Notes under the pieces: generated by a model
The model's input: the letters and a program-made list of their open reading frames with translations, nothing else
Database searches by the model: none
What the model was told of the DNA's origin: nothing
Part shown: positions 47,682-57,713 of the stretch, piece by piece
Layout: each line of letters begins with the position of its first letter
How positions within the stretch are numbered: the stretch's first letter is position 1
Translations under genes and position numbers: made by a program
Source: Nitrospiraceae bacterium
GTDB taxonomy: Bacteria; Nitrospirota; Nitrospiria; Nitrospirales; Nitrospiraceae
Direction: 5' to 3'
Length of the DNA: 63,438 nt
NCBI GenBank assembly: GCA_040510255.1
Contig: JBEVJJ010000033.1
Location: 1-63,438 of the forward strand

Positions 47682-50340
47682 CATGGAATTGACACCGCTC
47701 ATGCGACAATATCGGGAGATCAAGCAAGGATACGCCGATGCTATTCTCCTCTTTCGTGTCGGGGATTTTTATGAAATGTTCTACGAGGATGCTGTCGAAG
47801 CTGCGGGCCTCCTCTCTATTGCGCTGACATCCAGAGATAAAAGCAGTGCGACACCGGTTCCTCTTTGCGGAGTACCTTACCATGCGGCGACCGGTTACAT
47901 CGCCAAGCTTCTCAAGGCAGGGCGCACGGTCGCCCTATGCGAACAGGTGGAAGACCCGAAGCTGGCCAAAGGATTGGTCCGCCGAGAAGTCGTTAGACTG
48001 TATACCCCCGGCACATTGATTGATCATGAATTCCTGTCGCCGTCAGAATCCAACATTCTGGCGGCTGTCGCTGTAACGACATCCAAAAGTAGCTCTGATC
48101 CTCCACCCATGTCCCTTGGCGTGGCTTCATTGGATCTCTCTACCGGCCACTTTTCAATCGAAGAGTTCACCGGCGACCATGCCATGCTCAGCTGTTTCGA
48201 CGAACTCGCCCGTCTCCAACCGAGGGAGTTGCTACTCTCCGATTCTCTACGACCGGAGATCAAAAGACACTTCGTGTCCCTCCCCGGATCTCGACTGAGT
48301 CAACGACCGGCAGCCTGGTTCAATCTCGACGATGGGCGCGCGCTGCTGCACGGACACTTTTCGGTCCATTCCCTGGACGGCTTCGGATGCCAAGGCTTTT
48401 CAGTCAGCATCGCAGCCGCCGCTGCCGTACTGCGCTATGTGCAGGAAACCCAGCCCGCGGCAAAACTCGCTCATATCACGCGTCTCACGATCAGACGGCA
48501 ACATGACGCGATGCATCTTGATGGCGCGACCATTCACAACCTCGAACTGGTTCGACCGATGAGTTCATCAACGGCGCATGGTAGTAACCGTGAATCGACG
48601 CTCCTTGCGGTCCTCGATCGCACTGCCACCGCCATGGGAACTCGATTGCTCCGCGAGTGGATTCTCCGTCCGCTTCTGGATTCCAGGCTTATCCAGGCAA
48701 GGTTGGACAGCATTGCCGAGTTGAAGGAACGCGCCGATGCCCGTGTGGGAATGAGATCAGTGTTGCGCAGTGTTCAAGATATCTGTCGGTTGAGTAGCCG
48801 CATTTCCCTAGGGGTCGTGACTCCAAGAGATCTAGTGGCACTCAAGGAATCGGTGGCGGTCCTGCCTGAATTATGGCGATACCTCGAAACCCTTTCGTCT
48901 CCTCTTTTGGCTGAATTCAAGCATTCGTGGGACAACGCGCAGGATGTCTATGACCTCATTGAACAAGCCATTCTCCCTGAAGCACCGCTATCCAGCCGCG
49001 AGGGGGGGCTGATCAAAGAGGGCTATCACGCCGGGGTGGATGAACTGCGCAAGGCTGGTCGTGAAGGGAAGGCTTGGATCACAGCGCTCGAAGCCAGGGA
49101 ACGGCAGCGCACCGGCATCGAATCCTTGAAGATTCGGTACAACCAGGTCTTCGGCTATTACATCGAAGTCACCAAATCCAATCTGGCGAAAGTACCGAAC
49201 GACTACGTGCGCAAGCAGACGCTGGTCAATGCGGAACGTTTCATGACGTCCGAGTTGAGGGATCTGGAGGAGCATGTGACCGGCGCTGAAAGCAACCTCA
49301 ACAGGTTGGAATACGAATTATTTGAGAGTCTGCGGATGCAGCTCTTAGGCGAGACCCCCCGGCTCCAAAATATTAGTGAGTCCCTGGCTACGCTCGATGT
49401 CCTCGTGTCACTGTCTGAAACTGCCGCCCTGAATCATTATACCCGTCCGACCGTTGATGATTCAGGAATGATTCTGATCAAAGAAGGACGACATCCGGTT
49501 GTCGAACGACTGGATCCCCGTGACGGCTTCGTGCCGAATGATACCCGATTGGACCTCGCTGGAGAACGGCTTCTAATTCTGACCGGTCCTAATATGGCCG
49601 GGAAAAGCACCTATCTTCGGCAGGTGGCCTTGATTACGCTGCTGGCGCAAATCGGCAGCTTCGTTCCCGCAAAGGAAGCCCATATCGGACTGGTCGACCG
49701 CATCTTCACCAGAGTCGGCGCCTCGGATAACCTGAGCGCCGGCCAAAGCACGTTCATGGTTGAGATGACCGAAACGGCTCAAATTCTCAATTGCGCCACG
49801 AACAAAAGCCTTATTCTCTTGGATGAAATCGGACGTGGAACAAGCACCTATGACGGACTGAGTATCGCTTGGGCTGTCGCGGAGTATATTCAGAATCCTG
49901 AACGGTTGGGCACGCGCACACTCTTTGCCACGCACTATCATGAGATGACAGAACTTGAAACCTTGCGGGAGGGAGTGAGAAACTACCGTGTCGCTGTTCA
50001 CGAACGAGATGGCGATGTCTTATTCCTACGAAAGATTGTGCCGGGAGGAGCCGATCGAAGCTACGGAATTCATGTCGCTAAACTCGCTGGTCTTCCCAAA
50101 GAAGTCATCCTGCGCGCTCAAGAGGTGCTTCTCCGACTGGAACGACCAACCAGTACGCAGGTTGCCATGTCGCCCACACAAGAAATGGTCCATCCCGATG
50201 CTTCGCTTCCCTGCCCGCATCCCCTGCTCGAAGAGGTTCGGCAGATGAATCTGTTTTCCATGACCCCCCTGGACGCTCTCAATACGTTAGCCGATATACA
50301 ACGCCGGCTAGAACCAGCCCAGGATAGTTCGACCACCTAA
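47674..50340 (+). CDS. mutS: DNA mismatch repair protein MutS
   Basis: MADMELTPLMRQYREIKQ N-terminus, Walker A GPNMAGKST and DEIGRGT. Start moved to ATG 47674; the longest ORF starts at 47542. Confidence 0.96.
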   Translation: MADMELTPLMRQYREIKQGYADAILLFRVGDFYEMFYEDAVEAAGLLSIALTSRDKSSATPVPLCGVPYHAATGYIAKLLKAGRTVALCEQVEDPKLAKGLVRREVVRLYTPGTLIDHEFLSPSESNILAAVAVTTSKSSSDPPPMSLGVASLDLSTGHFSIEEFTGDHAMLSCFDELARLQPRELLLSDSLRPEIKRHFVSLPGSRLSQRPAAWFNLDDGRALLHGHFSVHSLDGFGCQGFSVSIAAAAAVLRYVQETQPAAKLAHITRLTIRRQHDAMHLDGATIHNLELVRPMSSSTAHGSNRESTLLAVLDRTATAMGTRLLREWILRPLLDSRLIQARLDSIAELKERADARVGMRSVLRSVQDICRLSSRISLGVVTPRDLVALKESVAVLPELWRYLETLSSPLLAEFKHSWDNAQDVYDLIEQAILPEAPLSSREGGLIKEGYHAGVDELRKAGREGKAWITALEARERQRTGIESLKIRYNQVFGYYIEVTKSNLAKVPNDYVRKQTLVNAERFMTSELRDLEEHVTGAESNLNRLEYELFESLRMQLLGETPRLQNISESLATLDVLVSLSETAALNHYTRPTVDDSGMILIKEGRHPVVERLDPRDGFVPNDTRLDLAGERLLILTGPNMAGKSTYLRQVALITLLAQIGSFVPAKEAHIGLVDRIFTRVGASDNLSAGQSTFMVEMTETAQILNCATNKSLILLDEIGRGTSTYDGLSIAWAVAEYIQNPERLGTRTLFATHYHEMTELETLREGVRNYRVAVHERDGDVLFLRKIVPGGADRSYGIHVAKLAGLPKEVILRAQEVLLRLERPTSTQVAMSPTQEMVHPDASLPCPHPLLEEVRQMNLFSMTPLDALNTLADIQRRLEPAQDSSTT

Positions 50341-50432
50341 TCCTGCACACAGTGGTCGCCGTTATGGAGATGATCCAACCGTCCCGATCTCGCCGTTGTG
50401 AAGGCCTCCTGAGTGCTTTCAGAAAGACAGAC

Positions 50433-50465
50433 AAAAAAGGCGGCGCCCTTTGGGGAGCGCCGCCT
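50433..50465 (-). terminator. Rho-independent terminator (possibly bidirectional)
   Basis: GC-rich stem 50438-50446 / 50457-50465 (AGGCGGCGC...GCGCCGCCT), followed on the minus strand by TTTTTGT. It lies 30 nt after the stop of the 50496 gene and ~100 nt after mutS. Confidence 0.65.
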
Positions 50466-50495
50466 CTTGATACCGCGGTGGTCTAGTTTTGACGA

Positions 50496-51167
50496 TTAAT
50501 GCTTGGCACCACCACCCATGTTGTACTGAGCCGTCCAGGGAACCAGGCCGGCAAGCGGCTTTCCATTTGGAGCCAATACATCATATTGAAGAGGAAGCGC
50601 ACCTTCCCCTTTCGGAGTGGTATTGAGCCCCTGTTTGGCCACGGCGCAACCCTTATCCATTTCATCCTTACCAACGCAATCCTTCAGGCGGAGTGAGCTG
50701 ATGCTCTTGGGGTGCCCCATTGTACCGGCATTTTCGTCAATTTTCTTAACTGCAGTGATGACGCGGTGGTTCTGCTCCGTTTCTTGAGCGGTAAACTCCA
50801 CCAGGGTCGTCGCAGATGAAGGAGGTACTTCCTTCGCCGCAGCTGGTCCAGCATGGGGACGAGCCATCGATTTGATCTGCTCCCACACACCCTTGTCGGC
50901 AGCATAGAACTTTACGTTCTTTCCGGGATGGATTTTCTGCCAGAAGAGTCCGCTCTCGGCATTTCCACCGAAGACTGCAATGTTGATCCACACTGCTTCA
51001 TCGTAGGGATCGAGAATGATCACACGTCCCTGCAACGTGGTCGCTTTGCTCATATCCCCCCATTCGAACCGCTCCTGGAATGCTTCAATGGCCAGCGCAC
51101 CGGTGGCGAAAACGACCACCAGAGCTACGGCAGCCATGAAGGCCCAGCCTTGCTTATGAAGCTTCAT
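50496..51167 (-). CDS. Exported protein of unknown function (paralogue B)
   Basis: 223 aa from ATG 51167 (GGAGGAG SD). Signal peptide MKLHKQGWAFMAAVALVVVFATGALA/IE. No recognisable motif; there is a C-x8-C pair near the C-terminus. The longest ORF reaches 51278. Confidence 0.65.
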   Translation of the reverse strand: MKLHKQGWAFMAAVALVVVFATGALAIEAFQERFEWGDMSKATTLQGRVIILDPYDEAVWINIAVFGGNAESGLFWQKIHPGKNVKFYAADKGVWEQIKSMARPHAGPAAAKEVPPSSATTLVEFTAQETEQNHRVITAVKKIDENAGTMGHPKSISSLRLKDCVGKDEMDKGCAVAKQGLNTTPKGEGALPLQYDVLAPNGKPLAGLVPWTAQYNMGGGAKH

Positions 51168-51234
51168 AATGATCTCCTCCTTCAACACGAACCATGAATG
51201 AGTTAGGGGAGCTTGCTGATCAATAATTTTCCCA

Positions 51235-51756
51235 TTACTCCTTGAGAAGCTTGAAGCCAGTGATGGTTCTCCCATCAAGGGTCACTTCCATAGCCACGAG
51301 ATCCTGAGATGCTTTGATAATTTGATCCATCAGAGTCTTGTCCTTCACGGCAAGACGAACGGTTGTGGCTGCATGGTACCAACCGGCATAGGGATTATTC
51401 TTGTCAGTTCCGCCAACGAATCCCCACGAACAACATACAAATAATGGATCGGGCGGCATCACATCCATCTGGGTCGATGAACGACCGGCTGGCGTCCCCG
51501 AGGCAGGCTCACCAGTATTCCAGTACTGAATTCCGAACAAAATCTCTCCGTCTGGGTTATCCGCCCACTGAGACCACACCCGTCCCTTGAGGGTATTGGT
51601 CGTTTCTCCCTTGAAGCTCTTACCCCCACCGGCAGTAATTTCGGCCGGTCCTTTTACCGGTCCCGCTGGGTCATCCGCTGCTGCGGCAAACTCGGCCGTC
51701 AGCAAGCCGACTGCGGAAAACACTGCAATTGCGGCTCCAACTACGACCCTATTCAT
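51235..51756 (-). CDS. Exported protein of unknown function (paralogue A)
   Basis: 173 aa with a GGAGGG SD. Signal peptide MNRVVVGAAIAVFSAVGLLTAEFAAA/ADD. Mature protein is ~147 aa with a Gly/Pro-rich N-terminus and a CC pair (LFVCCSWGF). No CxxCH. Confidence 0.7.
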   Translation of the reverse strand: MNRVVVGAAIAVFSAVGLLTAEFAAAADDPAGPVKGPAEITAGGGKSFKGETTNTLKGRVWSQWADNPDGEILFGIQYWNTGEPASGTPAGRSSTQMDVMPPDPLFVCCSWGFVGGTDKNNPYAGWYHAATTVRLAVKDKTLMDQIIKASQDLVAMEVTLDGRTITGFKLLKE

Positions 51757-52115
51757 AGTCTTATCCCTCCTTGGAAAAGATGATGACCAGGAATCCCAAA
51801 CCTACAAGAAGTTCAAAAAAAAGAATTTTTGAGAAAACAATCGAGCAGGAGGAAGTGCAATGGACACCCCCTTTCACTCTGCTTCCTCTCCTGAACCACT
51901 AGAATATACAGATCTAATCGCAAAAACGCGCACATCGTACTGAAATCACCAAAATGTGTCAAGGAAATGTTTTGCGGACAACTGGCCGCGTCATCTCAAA
52001 CAAACTCCCAACGTTATTCATCAGTTATACGGCTTCATTTCAGTTCTGACACGGAGAAACCACAACCCTCCCTGCACCATGAATGTGGGCAGCCCGAGCC
52101 CGCCAAAAAATGCCA

Positions 52116-53369
52116 TCATACCACGGCCGATTCAATGGCCCTGTGCGTAATGGGACCGAGTGCCGTAATGGAGAGTCGCTCCAGACCCAATAATTCTCGT
52201 CCGACGCGATACACTTGTTCGGTCGTCACGCGGTCGATCTCGGCGACCATTTGCTCCAGAGAAATATGACACCCTTGAGAGAGTTCGTCTTTGGCCAGCT
52301 TACTCATTCGGCTGTGTGAACTTTCTAGACTGAGCATCAGACTACCCTTCATTTGATTCTTCACACGAACCAGATCCTTCGCATCCACTCCATGCGTTCG
52401 CATCCGCTTGAGTTCCCGACGCACGAGGTCGATCACTCGGAGCACTTCCTTGGGCCTCGTCCCCGCGTAAATTGAAATCATGCCTCCATCCGAATACGTT
52501 GAAAGGAAGGAATAGATCGAATAGACCAATCCCCTCTTTTCGCGAACTTCTTGAAAGAGGCGTGAACTAACGCTTCCTCCCAGCACCCCATTGAGCGCAT
52601 GAGCTGCGTACCGATCTTTATGTCCGGAAGCGACGCCTTTCAATCCTAAGCATAGATGGACCTGCTCCAAAGGCTTTTTCTGAACGAGTAGTCCAGATGT
52701 GACCTCTGGCGGCCAGCGCTGCGGCGACACGCCAGTCATCATCCGCGTGTCCCCAAAACATTTTAGCAACAACTGCTCGAGGCGTTTCCAAGAAAAATTG
52801 CCCGCGACTGCGATGACGGTTTGCCGGGGGTCGTAGTGCGCCCGAACGTATTTCAGTAAGTCCTGCCTGTTCAGATTCTGTATTCGTGTTTCCTCTCCCA
52901 GAATAGGCCGACCGAGGGGGTGGTTCTTGAGGGTATGCCTCATGTGAAGTTCTTGCACCAGATCTTCCGGATCGTCCTGAACCATCTTGATTTCCTCGAG
53001 GACTACCTTCTTTTCCTTTTCCACTTCCCGTGAATCAAACCGAGAGTGATGGAAAAGATCGGAAAGGAGTTCAAGCGCGGTTTCAAGCTGTTGATCGAGA
53101 ACTTTCACATAGAATGTCGTCGTCTCTCGAGTGGTGAACGCATTCATTTCCCCGCCGAGAGCATCAATCTCTCGTGAAATCTGGATGGCCGACCGCCGCC
53201 TGGTCCCCTTGAAGAACATATGCTCAAGAAAGTGAGAAAGGCCCTCTTCCCCGAGCTGCTCGTCACGAGATCCGACGTTGACCCAAATGCCGATGGTCAC
53301 TGACTTTAGGGTAGGAATATGTTCGGCGACGATCCGAAGGCGATTATCAAGAACAATTTTGCGATACAC
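52116..53369 (-). CDS. M16-family (pitrilysin/insulinase-like) zinc peptidase
   Basis: Inverted zinc motif HFLEHMFFKG (HxxEH); 417 aa. GTG start 6 nt after the pnp stop. Confidence 0.9.
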   Translation of the reverse strand: MYRKIVLDNRLRIVAEHIPTLKSVTIGIWVNVGSRDEQLGEEGLSHFLEHMFFKGTRRRSAIQISREIDALGGEMNAFTTRETTTFYVKVLDQQLETALELLSDLFHHSRFDSREVEKEKKVVLEEIKMVQDDPEDLVQELHMRHTLKNHPLGRPILGEETRIQNLNRQDLLKYVRAHYDPRQTVIAVAGNFSWKRLEQLLLKCFGDTRMMTGVSPQRWPPEVTSGLLVQKKPLEQVHLCLGLKGVASGHKDRYAAHALNGVLGGSVSSRLFQEVREKRGLVYSIYSFLSTYSDGGMISIYAGTRPKEVLRVIDLVRRELKRMRTHGVDAKDLVRVKNQMKGSLMLSLESSHSRMSKLAKDELSQGCHISLEQMVAEIDRVTTEQVYRVGRELLGLERLSITALGPITHRAIESAVV

Positions 53370-53375
53370 GACGAT

Positions 53376-55481
53376 TCATCCAGCGGTGGTTGGTTCTTTG
53401 GCCGGAGCAGGCATCGCCTCTTTACGACTGAGACGAATCTTCCCCTGCTTATCAATCTCGAGCACCTTCACCATGATCTCGTCGCCTTCCTTCACTTCGT
53501 CGGAAACGGCTTTCACACGGTGATGCGCTAATTGAGAAATGTGCACGAGTCCGTCCGTACCTGGCAGCACTTCAACGAACGCGCCGAAATCCATGATTTT
53601 GCGGACGGTGCCCAGATAAATCTTTCCGATTTCTACTTCTTCAGTGATTCTCTTGATGATATCAATGGCTTTCAACGCGGACGCTTCATCGTTGGACGCC
53701 ACGGTGACATCCCCGCTATCTTCAACGTTAATCTTCGCCCCGGTTTCGGCGATAATGCCGCGAATCGTCTTCCCACCCGGACCGATCACGTCACGGATCT
53801 TGTCCTGCTTGATCTTAAGGGGAAAGATCCGGGGAGCGAAGGGCGAGAAATTGGCACGAGACGCAGGCAAGGCTTGCAGCATGCGATCGAGAATGTGCAG
53901 CCGCCCCACTCGTGCCTGCTCCAGCGCCTCACGCATCAACCCGGAAGTGATGCCGGCGATCTTGATATCCATCTGCAGAGCGGTCACTCCGCGCTTCGTT
54001 CCCGTGACTTTGAAATCCATATCCCCCAGATGATCCTCCAGACCGAGAATATCGGAGAGCACCATCACTCGATCGTTCTCCTTGATCAATCCCATCGCGA
54101 TACCAGCCACCGGCTCCTTGATCGGCACTCCAGCATCCATCAGGGCCATCGTTCCACCACATACGGTGGCCATGGAAGAGGAGCCATTGGATTCCAGAAT
54201 GTCCGATACGATACGAACGGTATAGGGGAATTTGTCCTTGCCCGGAATAATCGACTTCAACGCGCGCTCAGCCAGGGCGCCATGCCCCACCTCGCGGCGA
54301 CCGGGTGAGCGCAATGGCCTGGCCTCGCCTACGCTGAAGGGTGGAAAATTGTAATGCAGCATGAATGTGCGTGAGTATTCCCCCTCCAACGCATCAATGC
54401 GTTGTTCATCGTCCGATGTGCCCAGTGTGACGACTGCGAGACTCTGGGTTTCGCCTCTTGTGAATAACGCCGATCCATGCGTTCTCGGCAAGACGCCGAC
54501 TTCGCAGGTGATGGGCCGAATCTGAGACGGCCCACGTCCATCGGCCCGTACGCCGCGCTCCAAAATCATGTTCCGGACTTCGGTGTATTCCAGAGAATGG
54601 AACGTCAGTTTGACATGACGCTGACGGTTGGGATCCTCGCTTTTCAACTTTTCGACTGCCTCTTCTAAGATGTGGTCCAGCCGTTCTTGGCGCGCGGTCT
54701 TATTGGGAATCAATATGGCCTCACGGATGGGACCCGCCACAAGGGCGCGAACTTCTGAAGCCAGCACCGAATCAATTTGCTCGGTCACCACTGCCCGCTT
54801 CGGTTTGCCTGCCAGCGCTTGCAATTCGAGAATCTTGGTCACGATTTTCTTGATCTCGGCATGAGCCAATTCAATCGCTTCCAGCATAGTCGTTTCCGGC
54901 AATTCGTCTGCTCCCGCCTCTACCATCATGACGGCATCAGCAGTTCCAGCCACCACCAGGTGCAAGTCGCTTCGTTCGAAGACCTCCATGTCCGGGTTGA
55001 CAACAAATTGTCCGTCAACACGGCCGACCTTCACGGCGGCCACAGGACCGCCGAATGGGATGGAGGAAACGGACAATGCGGCGGAGGCCGCAATGATCCC
55101 GATCACATCCGAGGCGCCGGTCTTATCCGCGGATACCACTGATGCGATGACCTGCGTTTCATGGTAATACCCTTCCGGAAACAACGGGCGAAGAGGGCGG
55201 TCGATCAGGCGGCTGGTCAATACTTCTTTCTCAGAGGGGCGGCCCTCCCGTTTGAAATACCCTCCTGGAATCTTTCCCGCGGCATAGGCCTTCTCCTGAT
55301 AGTCTACCGTCAGCGGCAGAAAATCGATTCCAGGTTTCGCCTGCAGTGATGCGACCGCCGTGGCCAAGACGACTGTGTCCGCATACGATGCCCAAATAGC
55401 GCCATCAGCTTGTTTTGCCACCCGACCGGTTTCCAGACGTAATCGACGTCCGGCTATGTTCAATTCAACCACGTGTACCAT
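53376..55481 (-). CDS. pnp: Polyribonucleotide nucleotidyltransferase (PNPase)
   Basis: 701 aa with two RNase PH domains and C-terminal KH and S1 domains. GGAGGG SD. Confidence 0.97.
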   Translation of the reverse strand: MVHVVELNIAGRRLRLETGRVAKQADGAIWASYADTVVLATAVASLQAKPGIDFLPLTVDYQEKAYAAGKIPGGYFKREGRPSEKEVLTSRLIDRPLRPLFPEGYYHETQVIASVVSADKTGASDVIGIIAASAALSVSSIPFGGPVAAVKVGRVDGQFVVNPDMEVFERSDLHLVVAGTADAVMMVEAGADELPETTMLEAIELAHAEIKKIVTKILELQALAGKPKRAVVTEQIDSVLASEVRALVAGPIREAILIPNKTARQERLDHILEEAVEKLKSEDPNRQRHVKLTFHSLEYTEVRNMILERGVRADGRGPSQIRPITCEVGVLPRTHGSALFTRGETQSLAVVTLGTSDDEQRIDALEGEYSRTFMLHYNFPPFSVGEARPLRSPGRREVGHGALAERALKSIIPGKDKFPYTVRIVSDILESNGSSSMATVCGGTMALMDAGVPIKEPVAGIAMGLIKENDRVMVLSDILGLEDHLGDMDFKVTGTKRGVTALQMDIKIAGITSGLMREALEQARVGRLHILDRMLQALPASRANFSPFAPRIFPLKIKQDKIRDVIGPGGKTIRGIIAETGAKINVEDSGDVTVASNDEASALKAIDIIKRITEEVEIGKIYLGTVRKIMDFGAFVEVLPGTDGLVHISQLAHHRVKAVSDEVKEGDEIMVKVLEIDKQGKIRLSRKEAMPAPAKEPTTAG

Positions 55482-55702
55482 CTATAGGTCCCTCCGATTA
55501 TGTCCCACAGATGCCCACAGAGATAAGCTCGCTGGGTAAGGGCTGAGTGCGAAATTTTGCGTGTTGGGTCTTAAAGCGTTCGGAATTGATCAACTCCTTG
55601 CTCAGCACTTCACACCTTCCGAAGATGAGCCCATCTCCGTGTTCATCTGCGCGACTGAATTCGCCGCCGACACCATGCGCAGCGGCACACTCCGCTTCTG
55701 CC

Positions 55703-55972
55703 TTATTTACGAATCTTTAACCGATCCAACATTGACCGGTACCGCGCATCATCAATATGCCGGAGATAGTCCAGTAACCGCCGCCGGCGACCTACCAATT
55801 GCAGGAGTCCACGCCGCGAGTGATGGTCCTTCTTGTGCATCTTGAAATGGTCGGTCAAATATCCGATCCGATTGGTAAGAATCGCAATCTGGACTTCCGG
55901 CGAACCGGTATCCTGATCGTGTTGCCGGTATTGGCGAACCAAGTCATGTTTGGTTTCCTTCAACAATGCCAT
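55703..55972 (-). CDS. rpsO: 30S ribosomal protein S15
   Basis: [57 protein letters not shown]..., 89 aa from ATG 55972 (AAGGAG SD). Confidence 0.96.
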   Translation of the reverse strand: MALLKETKHDLVRQYRQHDQDTGSPEVQIAILTNRIGYLTDHFKMHKKDHHSRRGLLQLVGRRRRLLDYLRHIDDARYRSMLDRLKIRK

Positions 55973-55997
55973 ATGCCCCACTCCTTTGTTGAATCCT

Positions 55998-57017
55998 TCA
56001 CCCACAGTTTACTGTTTCTTCACTCATCAATACCTTCTCGACGGCAATCGGAGGGTGAGAGCAGCCTGCGCCGGTCGTCATCCGATCGTCCGGCCACCGA
56101 CCGATGGCCAACAAGCGACCTCCCTGGTCCCTAATTCGAATCCCCCGCCGACCAGGAGCGTCAATCTGTTCCGGCTGAGGTTCCCAAGTGAGTACAGAGT
56201 TCCGGGGCACAGCCACGCCGTGAAGGACACGGTGCGCTGTTGCATCGTCGACGATGCACGCAGGCAACGATTGCAACGCGGCATCCAGCGACAAGAAGCA
56301 TGCAGACCATCGATCGATGCTTAACGAGGCTTCGAAGTCGTCTATCGTGGCCGCACGATCCACTGTGAGGGGTCCCACCCTCGTACGCTCCAACGCAAGG
56401 AGATGTCCACCCACACCGAGAAACCGGCCAATATCGGCACACAATGTTCGGATGTAGGTGCCTTTGGAACACACCACGCGAATGGAAATGTCCGTCCTAT
56501 CGATTCGCTCCACCTCGATGTGTAAAATCGTCACGACCCTGGCTGCGCGGTCCACAACCCGCCCCTCACGGGCTGCCTTGTACAGAGGCACGCCCGCGAT
56601 CTTGACGGCCGAATACATCGGTGGGACCTGCTCAATACGCCCCTTGAAACGAGAGATGGCCGCAAGGATGATATCGTCGGTGAGCCCGATGATTGGCCGA
56701 CGTACTAATACCGCGCCGGTGGCATCCAGGGTATCGGTCGTCTCTCCAAGCCGAAGGACTGCTCGGTATTCTTTGTCCCAGTCCAACAAATACTCGGCAA
56801 TGCGAGTGCCCCGACCGATCAGCAGAGGCAAGACTCCGGTCGCAGCCGGGTCGAGCGTCCCTGCATGTCCGACTTTCACTCCCCCCAAACTACGCCGTAG
56901 ACGGGCGACTACGTCATGGGACGTCCATCCCGCTACCTTCCTGATATTCAACACACCATCAACCATCATCATCGGGACAAATTTTGAGGACACGATGACC
57001 TCGGAGGTGCTCGTCAC
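55998..57017 (-). CDS. truB: tRNA pseudouridine(55) synthase TruB
   Basis: GWTSHDVV and the catalytic motif [14 protein letters not shown], with a C-terminal PUA-like domain. GTG 57017 overlaps the rbfA stop (GTGA). ATG 56972/56966 are alternatives. Confidence 0.93.
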   Translation of the reverse strand: MTSTSEVIVSSKFVPMMMVDGVLNIRKVAGWTSHDVVARLRRSLGGVKVGHAGTLDPAATGVLPLLIGRGTRIAEYLLDWDKEYRAVLRLGETTDTLDATGAVLVRRPIIGLTDDIILAAISRFKGRIEQVPPMYSAVKIAGVPLYKAAREGRVVDRAARVVTILHIEVERIDRTDISIRVVCSKGTYIRTLCADIGRFLGVGGHLLALERTRVGPLTVDRAATIDDFEASLSIDRWSACFLSLDAALQSLPACIVDDATAHRVLHGVAVPRNSVLTWEPQPEQIDAPGRRGIRIRDQGGRLLAIGRWPDDRMTTGAGCSHPPIAVEKVLMSEETVNCG

Positions 57018-57421
57018 GGTTCGGAATTTGGAGCGGTGGATGGGGTCACCGGTCCATCAGCTTCAGGATCTTCCATGCGAAGACTATCAAGCAACTGCAG
57101 AATTCTGTCACCGCGCGGACCACTGATGTCCTTGATGAACATGAGATCCGGTAGATATCGCAGAGAGACGCGTCTCCCCAGTTCCGCCCGAATGAATCCG
57201 GCCGCTTTTTGCAATCCGTCAAACACCTGGCGTTCACCTTCCTGCGGCTCCATCGTCGTCACATAGATGCGCGCAAGCCTGAGGTCATCGGTAAGTTCAA
57301 CATCGGTGACGGTCACGGAACGCACTCGAGGATCCTTGATCTTGCGCATCAAGATGTCCGCAACTTCCATCCGAATCTGATCGGCTACCCGTTCAGCCCT
57401 CTTATAGGCAGTCTTGGCCAT
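57014..57421 (-). CDS. rbfA: Ribosome-binding factor A
   Basis: MAKTAYKRAERVADQIRMEVADILMRKIKDPR... with a Pro/Glu-rich tail. Start moved to ATG 57421; the longest ORF reaches 57481. Confidence 0.9.
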   Translation of the reverse strand: MAKTAYKRAERVADQIRMEVADILMRKIKDPRVRSVTVTDVELTDDLRLARIYVTTMEPQEGERQVFDGLQKAAGFIRAELGRRVSLRYLPDLMFIKDISGPRGDRILQLLDSLRMEDPEADGPVTPSTAPNSEP

Positions 57422-57431
57422 GGCGTTCCGT

Positions 57432-57713
57432 TCAAAGCAATTCGACGTGTGACCGGACCAACTCAATGGTAGGGATGCCACGAATCAGGTTGAGAGCCTG
57501 CTCCATGACCTGACTGACATGAGCGGATTCGTTTGCGACACAAGCCAACCCTAGAATCGATTTCTGCCACAAGTCATGCTCCCCGACTTCCGCCACGGAG
57601 AGGTTGAACTTTTCACGCAAACGACTCTTCAAACTCTGCAAGACCTGTCTTTTCCCCTTGAGGGAATGGCCGTCGGGAATGAAGAGTTCAATCGTGCAAA
57701 CACCAACGATCAT
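57432..57713 (-). CDS. DUF503 (YlxP-like) protein
   Basis: 93 aa, [47 protein letters not shown] overlap with the infB stop. Confidence 0.85.
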   Translation of the reverse strand: MIVGVCTIELFIPDGHSLKGKRQVLQSLKSRLREKFNLSVAEVGEHDLWQKSILGLACVANESAHVSQVMEQALNLIRGIPTIELVRSHVELL

